In this document: positions 22,272-31,938 of the stretch, in pieces
Numbering within the stretch: position 1 is the stretch's first letter
Layout: every line of letters begins with the position of its first letter
Assembly (NCBI GenBank): GCA_965215885.1
Contig: CBDCEW010000097.1
Location: 32,001 to 96,000 of the forward strand
DNA from: Candidatus Moanibacter sp.
Lineage (GTDB): Bacteria; Verrucomicrobiota; Verrucomicrobiia; Opitutales; UBA2987
Length of the DNA stretch: 64,000 nucleotides
Reading direction: 5' to 3'
Translations under genes and position numbers: made by a program
Notes under the pieces: generated by a model
Told to the model about the DNA's origin: nothing
Seen by the model: the letters and a program-made list of their open reading frames with translations, nothing else
Databases searched by the model: none

Positions 22272-22634
22272 TTCGAAGTATATACGATTTAGACTGGGAA
22301 TTCAACTCACCTTCCTGCCGACGGCACTCGGCTGGCACCAATCGAGGCAACTTTCTCCAGTATGCTATTTGCTGATAATGAAGAAGTTAAAGATCAGAAG
22401 GCAAATCTGGATAGAAGCGTGTGTGGTTTCCCACAGTATAACATATTCTCCCTCTCATTTACCGCCGTCAAACAATTTGTGACAGCCTTCACCCGTTTCG
22501 ACCGAGTCTCCGCTCTGCCGCTTCCCGGCAAGCCGGGATTAGAAATATGTCGGTAGTCGAATCCCCCAAACGCACCATCACCCCCAGATATCGGAATAGA
22601 TCCGCAAACTCCGAAAGCTAAGTCTGACAGATTC

Positions 22635-23612
22635 CTAAAGGAATTTCCCCATGACATTACGTTCCTGCAGAATCTGGGCCGCCACGCTGATCGCAATCTC
22701 CTCAGGAGTATCGCTGTCGATCTGCAGACCGACAGGCGCGTAGATCGGATCGAGCCTTTCCTGGGGAATACCTTCTTCTCGAAGCTTGCTATAGATACTC
22801 GCGATCTTTGCTTTGCTTCCCATCAGACCTAAAAAGGGAATTGGAAGCTTTACGGTTCCCAGCAACCCGCGAACGTCGGAGAGAAAATCTGTCGTCATAA
22901 TCAATACCGCTGTCAATTCCGGGTATCGAATCAACCCTCCCGCCTCAATATAGTCGGAGACGATATGAATCTCCCGCGCATCCGTAGCTCTCTCCAAGGT
23001 AAAGACATCTTTCCGCCTATCGACGATGAAGACTTCGTACCCCAGTTTCGCCATTACCTGACAGAGGGCTACAGAACAGTGACCGCCCCCCACAATGGCG
23101 AGCCGCTTGCGGTTAAGAAGCTGCTCCGCATACAACCATTCTCCATTTCTTTGAACTAGTGAAATCCTTGGCTCTTCGAAGTCCGGTTCAGTGTCTTCGA
23201 CGCGGAGACCATTGACATCGATGGTCAACCGGCCCGATTGATCCTCCTGCAGAATTCCAATCAGACGCTCGACCGACTCTATCTCTTTCTCCGGATCGCA
23301 GACGCAGTATATATTCGTCTGGCTTCCTGAGCAGATCATACCCGACTTCTCTCCCTCCCCCGTCTTTCTGTGTTGCAACGTTTGAACTTCTGGAGAGAAC
23401 CCTCTGCCCCCAAGAATTGCCTTCGCGCGGTCGATTAAACGGTACTCCATGGCGCCACCGCCTATTGTGCCATGTAGATCGCCCCCTTCGGTAACGAGAA
23501 ATTTCGCGCCTGGTGTTCCCGGCGATCCCTTAGTATTCTCCGCCACCAGCGAGATGAACGTCTTACTCCCCTGCTGAAGGTGCGACCGAAGAGTTTTCCA
23601 AAAATCAATCAC
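22635..23612 (-). CDS. xdhC: XdhC/CoxI molybdenum-cofactor chaperone
   Basis: GSPGTPGAK, GTIGGG, GMICSG, GGGH, GLMGSKAK and PVGLQIDSDTPEEIAISVAAQI. Confidence 0.9.
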   Translation of the reverse strand: MIDFWKTLRSHLQQGSKTFISLVAENTKGSPGTPGAKFLVTEGGDLHGTIGGGAMEYRLIDRAKAILGGRGFSPEVQTLQHRKTGEGEKSGMICSGSQTNIYCVCDPEKEIESVERLIGILQEDQSGRLTIDVNGLRVEDTEPDFEEPRISLVQRNGEWLYAEQLLNRKRLAIVGGGHCSVALCQVMAKLGYEVFIVDRRKDVFTLERATDAREIHIVSDYIEAGGLIRYPELTAVLIMTTDFLSDVRGLLGTVKLPIPFLGLMGSKAKIASIYSKLREEGIPQERLDPIYAPVGLQIDSDTPEEIAISVAAQILQERNVMGKFL

Positions 23613-24119
23613 TTCTAAAAGCTCCTACACATTCTCTAATGAGAATAAATCAGTGCTCGGCCAAAAATCAATCGTCAACGATAAAGAAGACAAGGCTCCA
23701 GGGACCTCTCGGCCTATATTCGTTTTTCGGCGTAATACGAACAATAGAGCTTCTCGAGCAAAACAGGGGTCAAGCTTTGTGACTTTTTCGAGCTGGAAAT
23801 ACTCCTCCCACCTGCACCTGCACCTGCCCTGCACCTGCCGTTGACCGATGTGCTCCGGAATACACTTAAATAATAGGCCTGACCCCTTAGTCATCCCGTG
23901 GTGCTTTTTTCTCTGAGCTTCAAAGCCTTAGTTCCAGCCTTTCAGTATGATGCGGCAGAAGTAGGAAAAAGTTCTTACCGCATTTAGTGCAAAACTTTAA
24001 TTGAACATGTCCACTGCACATAATCCAATTGCTGATACTGAAAAACGGAGCGTTAGACACCTCTTTTATGGCCGGCGCCAGCTTGGATTAATCCTGGTGC
24101 AAAATCGAGCTTTAGATAG

Positions 24120-25991
24120 ATGTCTGAATCTTATACGGAAAAAGACATAAAATCGCTGGACTGGCGTGAGCACATTCGGCTTCGCCCGGGAATGTATATC
24201 GGAAAACTGGGTGATGGTTCAGCAGCTGACGATGGGATCTACGTGCTCCTTAAGGAAGTGATCGACAATTCCATCGACGAATACGTTATGGGTCAGGGCA
24301 AGAGTGTAGACATTACGCTCAAGGATAATACCCTCACGGTACGCGACTATGGCCGCGGGATACCATTGGCAAAAGTGTACGAATGTGCCGCCGGTATCTT
24401 TACCGGGGCCAAAGTTTTTCTTGCGCCTTTTGCGCCTCTTTACGACTCGGAAGCATTCAAAAAATCGGTCGGTCTCAACGGTATCGGCCTAAAGGCGGTG
24501 AACGCGCTTTCCTCTCAATTCCAGATCGAAGCGTTTCGAGAGCAACAGACACGAGGCTGTGTGTTTTCTCAGGGTAAAGTGAGAAAACAGCACAAGAAGA
24601 ATCGACCTTCCAAGGAAGGGAACGGAACCAGGGTCTGCTTTTATCCAGATGAGGAAATTTTCGGTAGTTTCAAATTTCGCCAGGAGTACATCGAAAATAT
24701 GGTTTGGAACTACGCCTACCTCAACGCCGGCCTCACCCTGAAAATCAACGGGAAGCGATACAAATCCAAGAACGGCCTCTTCGATCTTCTTACCGAGAAT
24801 CTTAATACGGAACCTCTTTACCCAATTATTCACCTAAAGGACCGGGATATTGAAGTCGCATTTACGCACGGCAATCAATACGGCGAGGAATACTATTCAT
24901 TCGTAAACGGCCAGCACACCACTCAAGGAGGTACTCATCAGGGCGCTTTCCGCGAAGCCATTGTAAAGACAATCCGTGAATTCTACAAAAAGAGCCTCGA
25001 AGCGATCGACGTGAGGACGTCGATTATTGCGGCGATCAGCATTAAAATCGAGGAACCTATTTTCGAATCGCAGACGAAGACTAAACTCGGCTCTCAAAAC
25101 ATGGCGCCGGAGGGCCAGTCAATTCGGGCCTTTGTAAACGCCTTTATGCAAGAACACCTGGACAATTTTCTGCATCGTAACCCGGAGACAAGCAAAGCCT
25201 TACTTCAGAAGATTCGACAGAGTGAACGAGAACGTAAGGAGCTGAAAGGCATTCAAAAAATTGCCCGGGAACGCGCAAAAAAGGCGAATCTCCACAACAA
25301 GAAGCTGAGGGACTGCAGGATCCACTTAAACAAGACCGACAAACGCAAACTGCAATCGACACTATTTATTACGGAAGGCAATTCCGCCAGCGGTTCCATA
25401 ACAAAATCGCGCGACGTTAACACGCAGGCAGTGTTCAGCCTGAGAGGAAAGCCGTTAAATTGCTTCGGTCTTTCAAAAAAGGTGGTTTACGAGAATGAGG
25501 AGTTCAACCTGCTACAAAACGCGTTAAACATTCAAGACGGCCTGGATAACCTGCGTTACAATCGGATCGTCCTCGCCACCGACGCCGATGTCGATGGTAT
25601 GCACATCCGTTTGCTCCTGATCACGTTTTTCCTCCAGTTCTTTCCAGATCTCGTAAAACAGGGTCACCTCTACATCCTTCAAACTCCACTATTTCGAGTA
25701 CGCAACAAGAAGCAAACCCTCTATTGCTACACGAAATTGGAGAAAGATGCCGCTCTCAAGAAACTGAGCGGCCGGCCGGAAATCACCCGGTTCAAGGGTC
25801 TCGGTGAGATATCATCTGACGAGTTCAAACACTTCATCGATGAGAACATGCGCCTCGACCCCGTTGTGATCCGAAAACATGCATCGTTAGATAAAACGCT
25901 TAGCTTCTACATGGGAAAAAACTCCCCGGAAAGGCAGAAATTCATAATCAGGAATCTCAGAATTGATCAGGATCTCGCTGAAGTTACGTGA
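24120..25991 (+). CDS. parE: DNA topoisomerase IV subunit B, carrying a 9-aa insertion in the ATP lid
   Basis: [58 protein letters not shown] and RFKGLGE. Confidence 0.92.
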   Translation: MSESYTEKDIKSLDWREHIRLRPGMYIGKLGDGSAADDGIYVLLKEVIDNSIDEYVMGQGKSVDITLKDNTLTVRDYGRGIPLAKVYECAAGIFTGAKVFLAPFAPLYDSEAFKKSVGLNGIGLKAVNALSSQFQIEAFREQQTRGCVFSQGKVRKQHKKNRPSKEGNGTRVCFYPDEEIFGSFKFRQEYIENMVWNYAYLNAGLTLKINGKRYKSKNGLFDLLTENLNTEPLYPIIHLKDRDIEVAFTHGNQYGEEYYSFVNGQHTTQGGTHQGAFREAIVKTIREFYKKSLEAIDVRTSIIAAISIKIEEPIFESQTKTKLGSQNMAPEGQSIRAFVNAFMQEHLDNFLHRNPETSKALLQKIRQSERERKELKGIQKIARERAKKANLHNKKLRDCRIHLNKTDKRKLQSTLFITEGNSASGSITKSRDVNTQAVFSLRGKPLNCFGLSKKVVYENEEFNLLQNALNIQDGLDNLRYNRIVLATDADVDGMHIRLLLITFFLQFFPDLVKQGHLYILQTPLFRVRNKKQTLYCYTKLEKDAALKKLSGRPEITRFKGLGEISSDEFKHFIDENMRLDPVVIRKHASLDKTLSFYMGKNSPERQKFIIRNLRIDQDLAEVT

Positions 25992-26131
25992 GAGGGCTGT
26001 TCCGGAAGTGGGCCAACCTGTCCAGTCGTAATTGAGGAGGTAAGCGGGGCGGAGGTTGTGTGGGACATAGAGAGCCGCCGGTGATTGCCATTCCCCAAAG
26101 CCTCCTTAACAACCCTCAATCCAAAAGATTC

Positions 26132-27085
26132 CTAATTGGTTATCCGAGTCCCCGTTTTGCCATCTAACGCATTCACAATATTCTCCGGATCAGTGATAAT
26201 GGCCTCCTTCCCGCCTCCCTCCAGATAGTTGATGACTGCCTGGATTTTCGGGCCCATGCTTCCCTCCGCAAAGTGGACACCTTCCGCCAGGTAGGCTTTC
26301 GCCTGCGCCACGGTCATCTGATCTATCCATGTCTGGTTGGGCTTGCCGAAATTCAGTGCGACCCGCTCGACCGCCGTGCTGATAATGAGCATCTCAGCTC
26401 CGATCACGTTAGCGAGCAAAGCTGAGGCGAGGTCTTTGTCGATCACCGCAGCGACACCACTGAGATTGCCGGTTCCGTTTCTCACCACCGGAATGCCTCC
26501 GCCACCGACCGTGATCACGACAAAACCGGCTTCGATCAGCTCGGCGATCGATTTCTCTTCGACAATTCGAATGGGCGTTGGAGATGCCACGACCCGCCGC
26601 CACCCACGACCGGCATCTTCGACAACATCCCAACCCTCCCTCTCGCGCCGTTGCTCCGCGTCCTCTTCATCCATGAACGAGCCAATCGGCTTACTTGGAT
26701 TCTCAAAGGCGGGATCATCGGCCGCCACTTCGACTTGTGTTACCAAGGTAACCGGATGTCGATTGAGTTTGAGCCTCTGGAATTCATTACAGAGGTTCTG
26801 CTGCAGAGCATATCCGATCGCACCTTGTGAATCCGCTCCGCAGACATCGAGAGGCACTTCATGGAGTTCATGGGCTGCCAATTCTGAACGTCGCAAGATG
26901 AAGCCCACTTGAGGTCCATTGCCATGACCGATCGCCACGTTCCATCCATCGTCGATCATCGACACGATATGACGGCAGGTCTCACTCGCGGCAATATACT
27001 GATCCCGTACCGTCTGGTGCGTTTTGTCCCTGATCAAGGAATTCCCTCCGATCGCTACGACTGCTTTGCGTCCTCCCACAATCAC
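26132..27085 (-). CDS. arcC: Carbamate kinase
   Basis: VAIGGNSL, HGNGPQVG, PSKPIG, RRVVASP, GGGGIPV, AVIDKD and GSMGPK. Confidence 0.94.
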   Translation of the reverse strand: MIVGGRKAVVAIGGNSLIRDKTHQTVRDQYIAASETCRHIVSMIDDGWNVAIGHGNGPQVGFILRRSELAAHELHEVPLDVCGADSQGAIGYALQQNLCNEFQRLKLNRHPVTLVTQVEVAADDPAFENPSKPIGSFMDEEDAEQRREREGWDVVEDAGRGWRRVVASPTPIRIVEEKSIAELIEAGFVVITVGGGGIPVVRNGTGNLSGVAAVIDKDLASALLANVIGAEMLIISTAVERVALNFGKPNQTWIDQMTVAQAKAYLAEGVHFAEGSMGPKIQAVINYLEGGGKEAIITDPENIVNALDGKTGTRITN

Positions 27086-27232
27086 CCCCCTCCCCGATCG
27101 TTCATCTGCCGAACTTCAATGGCTTGATCGATTCAAGGGCCCAATTCCGAAGGAAACGAGCTTCCCTGTTGAACACGAGCCCTTCGACTCTTCTCAGGAT
27201 CTTCGCTTCCTGAACTCTGAATACTTCCCGCG

Positions 27233-28210
27233 TCATCGCATAGTCAACGCCATCACTGCTTTCTGAACATGCAGCCGATTTTCCGCTTCATCAAAGACGA
27301 CCGACTGCGGTCCGTCGATGACACCGTCCGTCACTTCGACATTGCGATCCGCCGGTAAAGGATGCATGTAAACAGCGTCTTCGGATGCGAGTTCCATCCG
27401 TCGCTCATCCGCGATCCAATCGCTATACTTGCTAATTATCTTCGCACCCTCCTGGTCGTCGGTAGTCGTATTCATGGCTCCCCAGCTTTTTGCGTAAACG
27501 ACATCAGTTCCCGTAATCCCGGCCTCGAAATCGTCCATCAATTCAAGACTTCCGTGATGGCGCCGGGCGTTGTCTCGAGCCTGTTCGACAACATCGGGCA
27601 TAAGCTTGAACTCCGGCGGATGCACCAACCGCACATTCATGCCGAAGCGCGTCAAGAGTAGAATGAGGCTTTGCGGCACACTCATCGGCTTCTGATAGCT
27701 GGCCGCATAGGCCCAACTCACTGTAATCGTCTTGCCCCGGGGATCACCCTTCTTCTCAATAACAGTCAGAAGGTCGGCAAGAACCTGAAAAGGATGATAA
27801 GTCTCGCACTGCATATTCAGCACGGGCACCCGACTCGCCTCCGCCGTCCATCGAAGATACTGCGTCCCGACACCCCAATCGCAATGTCGGATAGCGATTC
27901 CGTCATTATAGCGACCGAGGATCTCTCCGATCTCCTTGGTTGTATCTCCATGGGCGATTTGCGTGGCTCGACTCTCAATGAACTGCGCGTGCCCACCCAG
28001 CTGAGCCATGCCCGCCTCAAAGGATGCGCGGGTGCGAGTGCTTGAGAAGAAAAAGAGCATGGCGAGCACCTTATCTCGAAGGAGTGCATGCGAGACTCCC
28101 AGCGCCCTCTTCCTTTTCAGATCAAGGGCGACATCGATGACTGTTTCAATCTCCTCCTTCGTCCATTCCTGCGTCGTGATCATATCACGACCCCTTAAAT
28201 ACGTCTGCAT
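27233..28210 (-). CDS. YgeW-like (knotted-type) transcarbamylase
   Basis: SSTRTR, HPFQ, SWAYAASYQKPMSVPQS, YAKSWG and MHPLPADR. Confidence 0.85.
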   Translation of the reverse strand: MQTYLRGRDMITTQEWTKEEIETVIDVALDLKRKRALGVSHALLRDKVLAMLFFFSSTRTRASFEAGMAQLGGHAQFIESRATQIAHGDTTKEIGEILGRYNDGIAIRHCDWGVGTQYLRWTAEASRVPVLNMQCETYHPFQVLADLLTVIEKKGDPRGKTITVSWAYAASYQKPMSVPQSLILLLTRFGMNVRLVHPPEFKLMPDVVEQARDNARRHHGSLELMDDFEAGITGTDVVYAKSWGAMNTTTDDQEGAKIISKYSDWIADERRMELASEDAVYMHPLPADRNVEVTDGVIDGPQSVVFDEAENRLHVQKAVMALTMR

Positions 28211-28346
28211 GATAAATACCTCTCTTATATAACCTATCTACAAATTCTCAAAGACCCTGGAATCTGTCGGACCCAAAGTCCGACGGATTCCTTTCTAGCA
28301 GCCTGATCAAAACAGTTCGAATAAGTCCGATCCCGGCTTGCCGGGA

Positions 28347-29306
28347 CTAGCCCTCGACCGCACCCAACACCAACGCGAGCAATGCCATGCGCATCACGAC
28401 CCCGTTAAAGGCTTCCACCCAGTATCTCTGGTGGCGAGTGCTGTCGACATCCGTTGGTAGCTCGTCCATACGCGGCAGGGAATGCAAAATGATCGCATCG
28501 CTCTTCCCTTTTTCGCGCATCATCTCACGCGTTACCTTATAGGCGGCCGGGGTCGTTCCCTTCTCCTCATCCGCCGCTTCATCGCGCGACTTCGTGTAAT
28601 CGGCCTGGACGACTGGTTCCATGTAAATAACATCGGCCTGATCGATCACTTCCTCGGCCGTTTCCACTTCGCGATACTGCACGTTGCGCTCATCGATCTC
28701 CGCCTTGAATTCGTCGAGTAAGGACATCTCCGGCGGGCCTACCACGAATGCTTCAATATCAAATTGCGACAGGGCATACAGAATCGAGTGCATCGTCCGC
28801 ATTCGCATGTCCCCTACGCAGAGCATCTTCAAACCATCCAGCGTTCCCTTCTCCTTATAAATCGTATACAGATCTGTAAGGACCTGCGTGGGATGTTCGC
28901 CCCAACCGTCGCCGCAATTGATCACCGGTACCGATGCCCACTTCGCTGCCTCGTGAGGAGCCCCCTGCTGGTAATGGCGCATCGCGATGACATCGCCGTA
29001 ATACTCCAGCATGTTTATCGTGTCCTTCATCGACTCCATGTAAAAGTCGCCCGCCCGCGTCATCTTGGCGTCAGAGAATCCCAGCACATGCCCGCCCAGT
29101 CGATGCATCGCCGCCTCTGTAGCAAGGCGCGTCCGAGTGCTCGGCTGGTAAAATGCCGTCAGCAGCGTCTTATTCTTGAGCAGGTCGCCATTTCGCCGAT
29201 CGCGCGCATACGGCTTCAAGTCATCACAGACTTGAAATACTCTCATGAATTCGTGTCGCTCAAACTCTTTGAGCGATAGGATATCGCGTCCTAGAAAACT
29301 TCTCAT
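28347..29306 (-). CDS. Aspartate-carbamoyltransferase-like transcarbamylase with altered substrate pocket
   Basis: PSTRTR, HPTQ, GD..MRTMHS and LHSLPR are present; YMEPVVQAD replaces the RxQxER motif. Confidence 0.85.
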   Translation of the reverse strand: MRSFLGRDILSLKEFERHEFMRVFQVCDDLKPYARDRRNGDLLKNKTLLTAFYQPSTRTRLATEAAMHRLGGHVLGFSDAKMTRAGDFYMESMKDTINMLEYYGDVIAMRHYQQGAPHEAAKWASVPVINCGDGWGEHPTQVLTDLYTIYKEKGTLDGLKMLCVGDMRMRTMHSILYALSQFDIEAFVVGPPEMSLLDEFKAEIDERNVQYREVETAEEVIDQADVIYMEPVVQADYTKSRDEAADEEKGTTPAAYKVTREMMREKGKSDAIILHSLPRMDELPTDVDSTRHQRYWVEAFNGVVMRMALLALVLGAVEG

Positions 29307-29468
29307 TTTGCTCCGTTTCCATTAATATTTCTAATCAACTAAAAAGGGCCATGGATGTGTGTCCGTCCCCGTCGAAAAAAGACGCTCTATCTGCCGAAGA
29401 ATCTATAATTATGCAAGTACGAATATGATACAGAACTCCACTCTCACTGCCTTGGTCCGGAAATCTCA

Positions 29469-29714
29469 GAACGTGTTTAGTGGCCTTCGGTTGTTGGCTG
29501 CCCCGGTCTTGTGCCGGGGTTGCGCGCGGTTTTTGCTACATAATGAGTGGCTCCTCCAATCACACCACCGGTCCCTTCTCGCCCGAGTCCCGGCGCGCCG
29601 GGACTCGGGCGAGAAGGGACCGGTGGTGTGCTGTGCCCATCGCGTATACTAGCTGTATATCGCGCGCCACCCCGGCACAAGACCGGTGCAGCCTCAAACA
29701 CGCCAAACAGGTAC
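29469..29714. mobile_element. MITE/REPIN-like element with inverted GGCTGCCCCGGTCTTGTGCCGGGG arms and a central 70-bp perfect palindrome
   Basis: Arms at 29496-29527 and about 29661-29693 are inverted. Ends gaacgtgtttag / ccaaacaggtac; palindrome at 29561-29630; left arm recurs near 49683-49755. Confidence 0.8.
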
Positions 29715-29821
29715 AAATTTCACAGATTTCCGAACCCGGGCGAAACCCGGCTTGCCAGGTTGTAAATCCAGAACCCGCCTCCGTGATATTTCGCTCGGCA
29801 ATGAAATCTTCGGGCTAGGAT
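29650..29821 (+). repeat. Direct repeat A flanking IS copy 1 (partner 31734-31896)
   Basis: 29650-29767 is identical to 31734-31851; the remainder is similar with small indels. Confidence 0.92.
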
Positions 29822-31733
29822 GACCTTATCCGAAAAGCTACTGATTGGCCGCAAAGAGGCGCAAAAGGCGCAAGAAAAACTTGAGAAAAATCATTTTTTG
29901 GCTTGATAAAAAGTGTCGCAACATGCTAGTGTTTAACAACCTAAGATTAAGAAAGGAGTTAAACATGCCAACATGTGCGACAGAGGAGAACAAAAGCGAT
30001 AAGACGCCCCTTAGCAACCTCATTCTGCCGGTTCCAGACACGGATTTCCGTGATTTTCTGGATGAAGTTGAAGAATTGGCCGGGTTCGCGGCGCAAATCA
30101 TCGAGGCGATCGAGAAGGATCTGGACGCCCATGCGCGTGAGAAGAAGAAACTTCGATTGGAAGATCGCAGGTTCTTTGAAGGGCGCACAGCGGAGCTGCC
30201 GGAGCTGGACATCGAGGAGGAGAATATTCTGGCTGCTGAATTGAATCTTGGGGCAGGCCGGCCGCGGATGCCGGCTTATGCGGTATACGTGTTCGTGATG
30301 CTTCGAGGGTTTCTGGGTTCGTTGACCACGAAACCGGCACGGCGGTTTGTGCGCGAGTCGATGAGCTTGTACGGATTTTTGCAGAGCGGGGGACTGAGAA
30401 TGCCGGCGGTGACGACGATTCTGGAGAACGTGAACCTGGTCAGCCATACGACCCGCGAGTTGATCTTTGATAAACAGATTGGGTTTATCCTCCAGGAGCA
30501 ATGGGACGATTTCGGGAAGCTGACGATCGACAGCACCTCGGTGAAAGCAAACAGCTGCTGGCCCACCGATGGGAAGATTCTGAGCGGTCTTTTGATGCGG
30601 GCCAATCGTTTGGGTCAGAAGTTGCATGTCTTCGGGCTGGAGGATTTTCGCAAGGGATGGGTTGGGCGTTGGCTGGAGGAAATGGACAAGCTGGAGTTTC
30701 AGATTTGTCTGGCCGCGGGCAAACCGAAGTCGAAGGGCAAGCTGAAGAAACACTACCGGCGGTTGCTCAAGCGGGGCCGCAAGGCGGCCGACTCACTAAC
30801 GGGGGAACTGAGCCATCTTGAAGAGGGCCTGTCGATGGATTCACTGCCTCCCACTCGCCGGGAGCTTCTGGAGCGGGCATTGAGCCAGATCAGGGGCGAT
30901 ATTGCCGACGCCAAGCGGGTTGTTGAGTATGCTCATGATCGGGTGTTTCACGAAAAGAAGCTACCGTCCACACAGAAGGTCCTGAGCCTCTCGGACGGAT
31001 CGGCGGCCTACATCAAGAAGGGCAGCCGCAATCCAGTGATCGGGTACAAGCCACAACTGGTTCGCAGCGAAAACGGTTTTGTCACCAGCCTGATCGTACC
31101 GCAAGGCAACGCGGCAGACTCCATTGAGCTGGCGCCGGCCATCGGCGATTCGATCAAGCGCACCGGTGTCATTGCTGAACTGGTCAGCACCGATGACGGA
31201 TATGCTTCGGCGAAGGGACGCAAGGAGGTGCTGAGCATGGGGGTAAAGCAGATCAGTATCAGTGGGGCGAAGGGCAAGAAGTTGACCACCCCCGAGGACT
31301 GGGAGAGCGAGGCGTATCGCGAGGCACGCCGCGATCGCTCCGCAGTGGAGTCGCTGATGTTCACGATTAAAGATGGATTTGCCTTTGGCGAACTCGGCCG
31401 CCGCGGCATCGATGCGGTAGGCGATGAACTGCTCGAGAAGGTTCTGGCCTACAACTTCTGCCGCATCATACTGATGAAGAAACGCCGAGGGGAGGAACTG
31501 GAACAGGCAGCCTGAATCTGACCGCTTTGAAGCTCAGAGAAAAAAGCACCACGGGATGAGTATGCCTCCAGACAGCGGCAAATATACGTATTGTGCAGCA
31601 AGCCACGCCGATGGCCGCTCAATACCTGCTCATCGGCAGCGCCGGCAGCCTAAAACCCGAAACCTGCCAGCCATAGGCTGGTCCGCCCGTGGCGGAGAAC
31701 CTTAAACCGCCCGCTCGCTTTTCGAATGGGGTC
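29822..31733 (+). mobile_element. DDE insertion sequence (IS5-like/ISNCY type), copy 1
   Basis: Imperfect IRs gaccttatccgaaaagc and (rc) gaccccattcgaaaagc. Near-identical copy at 58668-60592. Confidence 0.92.
29965..31515 (+). CDS. DDE transposase
   Basis: AAGGAG SD before ATG; TIDST..ANSCWPTD, STDDGY and RSAVES motifs. Confidence 0.88.
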   Translation: MPTCATEENKSDKTPLSNLILPVPDTDFRDFLDEVEELAGFAAQIIEAIEKDLDAHAREKKKLRLEDRRFFEGRTAELPELDIEEENILAAELNLGAGRPRMPAYAVYVFVMLRGFLGSLTTKPARRFVRESMSLYGFLQSGGLRMPAVTTILENVNLVSHTTRELIFDKQIGFILQEQWDDFGKLTIDSTSVKANSCWPTDGKILSGLLMRANRLGQKLHVFGLEDFRKGWVGRWLEEMDKLEFQICLAAGKPKSKGKLKKHYRRLLKRGRKAADSLTGELSHLEEGLSMDSLPPTRRELLERALSQIRGDIADAKRVVEYAHDRVFHEKKLPSTQKVLSLSDGSAAYIKKGSRNPVIGYKPQLVRSENGFVTSLIVPQGNAADSIELAPAIGDSIKRTGVIAELVSTDDGYASAKGRKEVLSMGVKQISISGAKGKKLTTPEDWESEAYREARRDRSAVESLMFTIKDGFAFGELGRRGIDAVGDELLEKVLAYNFCRIILMKKRRGEELEQAA

Positions 31734-31896
31734 TAGCTGTATATCGCGCGCCACCCCGGCACAAGACCGGTGCAGCCTCAAACACGCCAAACAGGTACAA
31801 ATTTCACAGATTTCCGAACCCGGGCGAAACCCGGCTTGCCAGGTTGTAAATTCGAAAAGTTGTGATATTTCGCTCGGGAAATCTTCGGGCTAGGAT
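31734..31896 (+). repeat. Direct repeat B (duplicate of 29650-29821; ssnA upstream region)
   Basis: Direct sequence comparison with 29650-29821. Confidence 0.92.
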
Positions 31897-31938
31897 GGCT
31901 CTCTTGACAGAAAACAACAAGATACCTACCGCTTCTCG

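Noticed and set aside
22272..22634. Xanthine/purine riboswitch upstream of xdhA
   Set aside because: Some pairing potential, but no consensus I can recognise on the coding strand; would need an Infernal/Rfam scan.
23809..23840. CACCTG hexamer run
   Set aside because: Short and imperfect, with no supported gene or function.
28347..29306. Biosynthetic pyrB
   Set aside because: The RxQxER aspartate motif is missing, there is no pyrI/pyrC, and the context is catabolic.
29845..29964. Basic N-terminal extension of the transposase (KRRKRRKK)
   Set aside because: Arises from translating the 9-bp repeat in the IS end; the SD supports ATG 29965 (58819 in copy 2).
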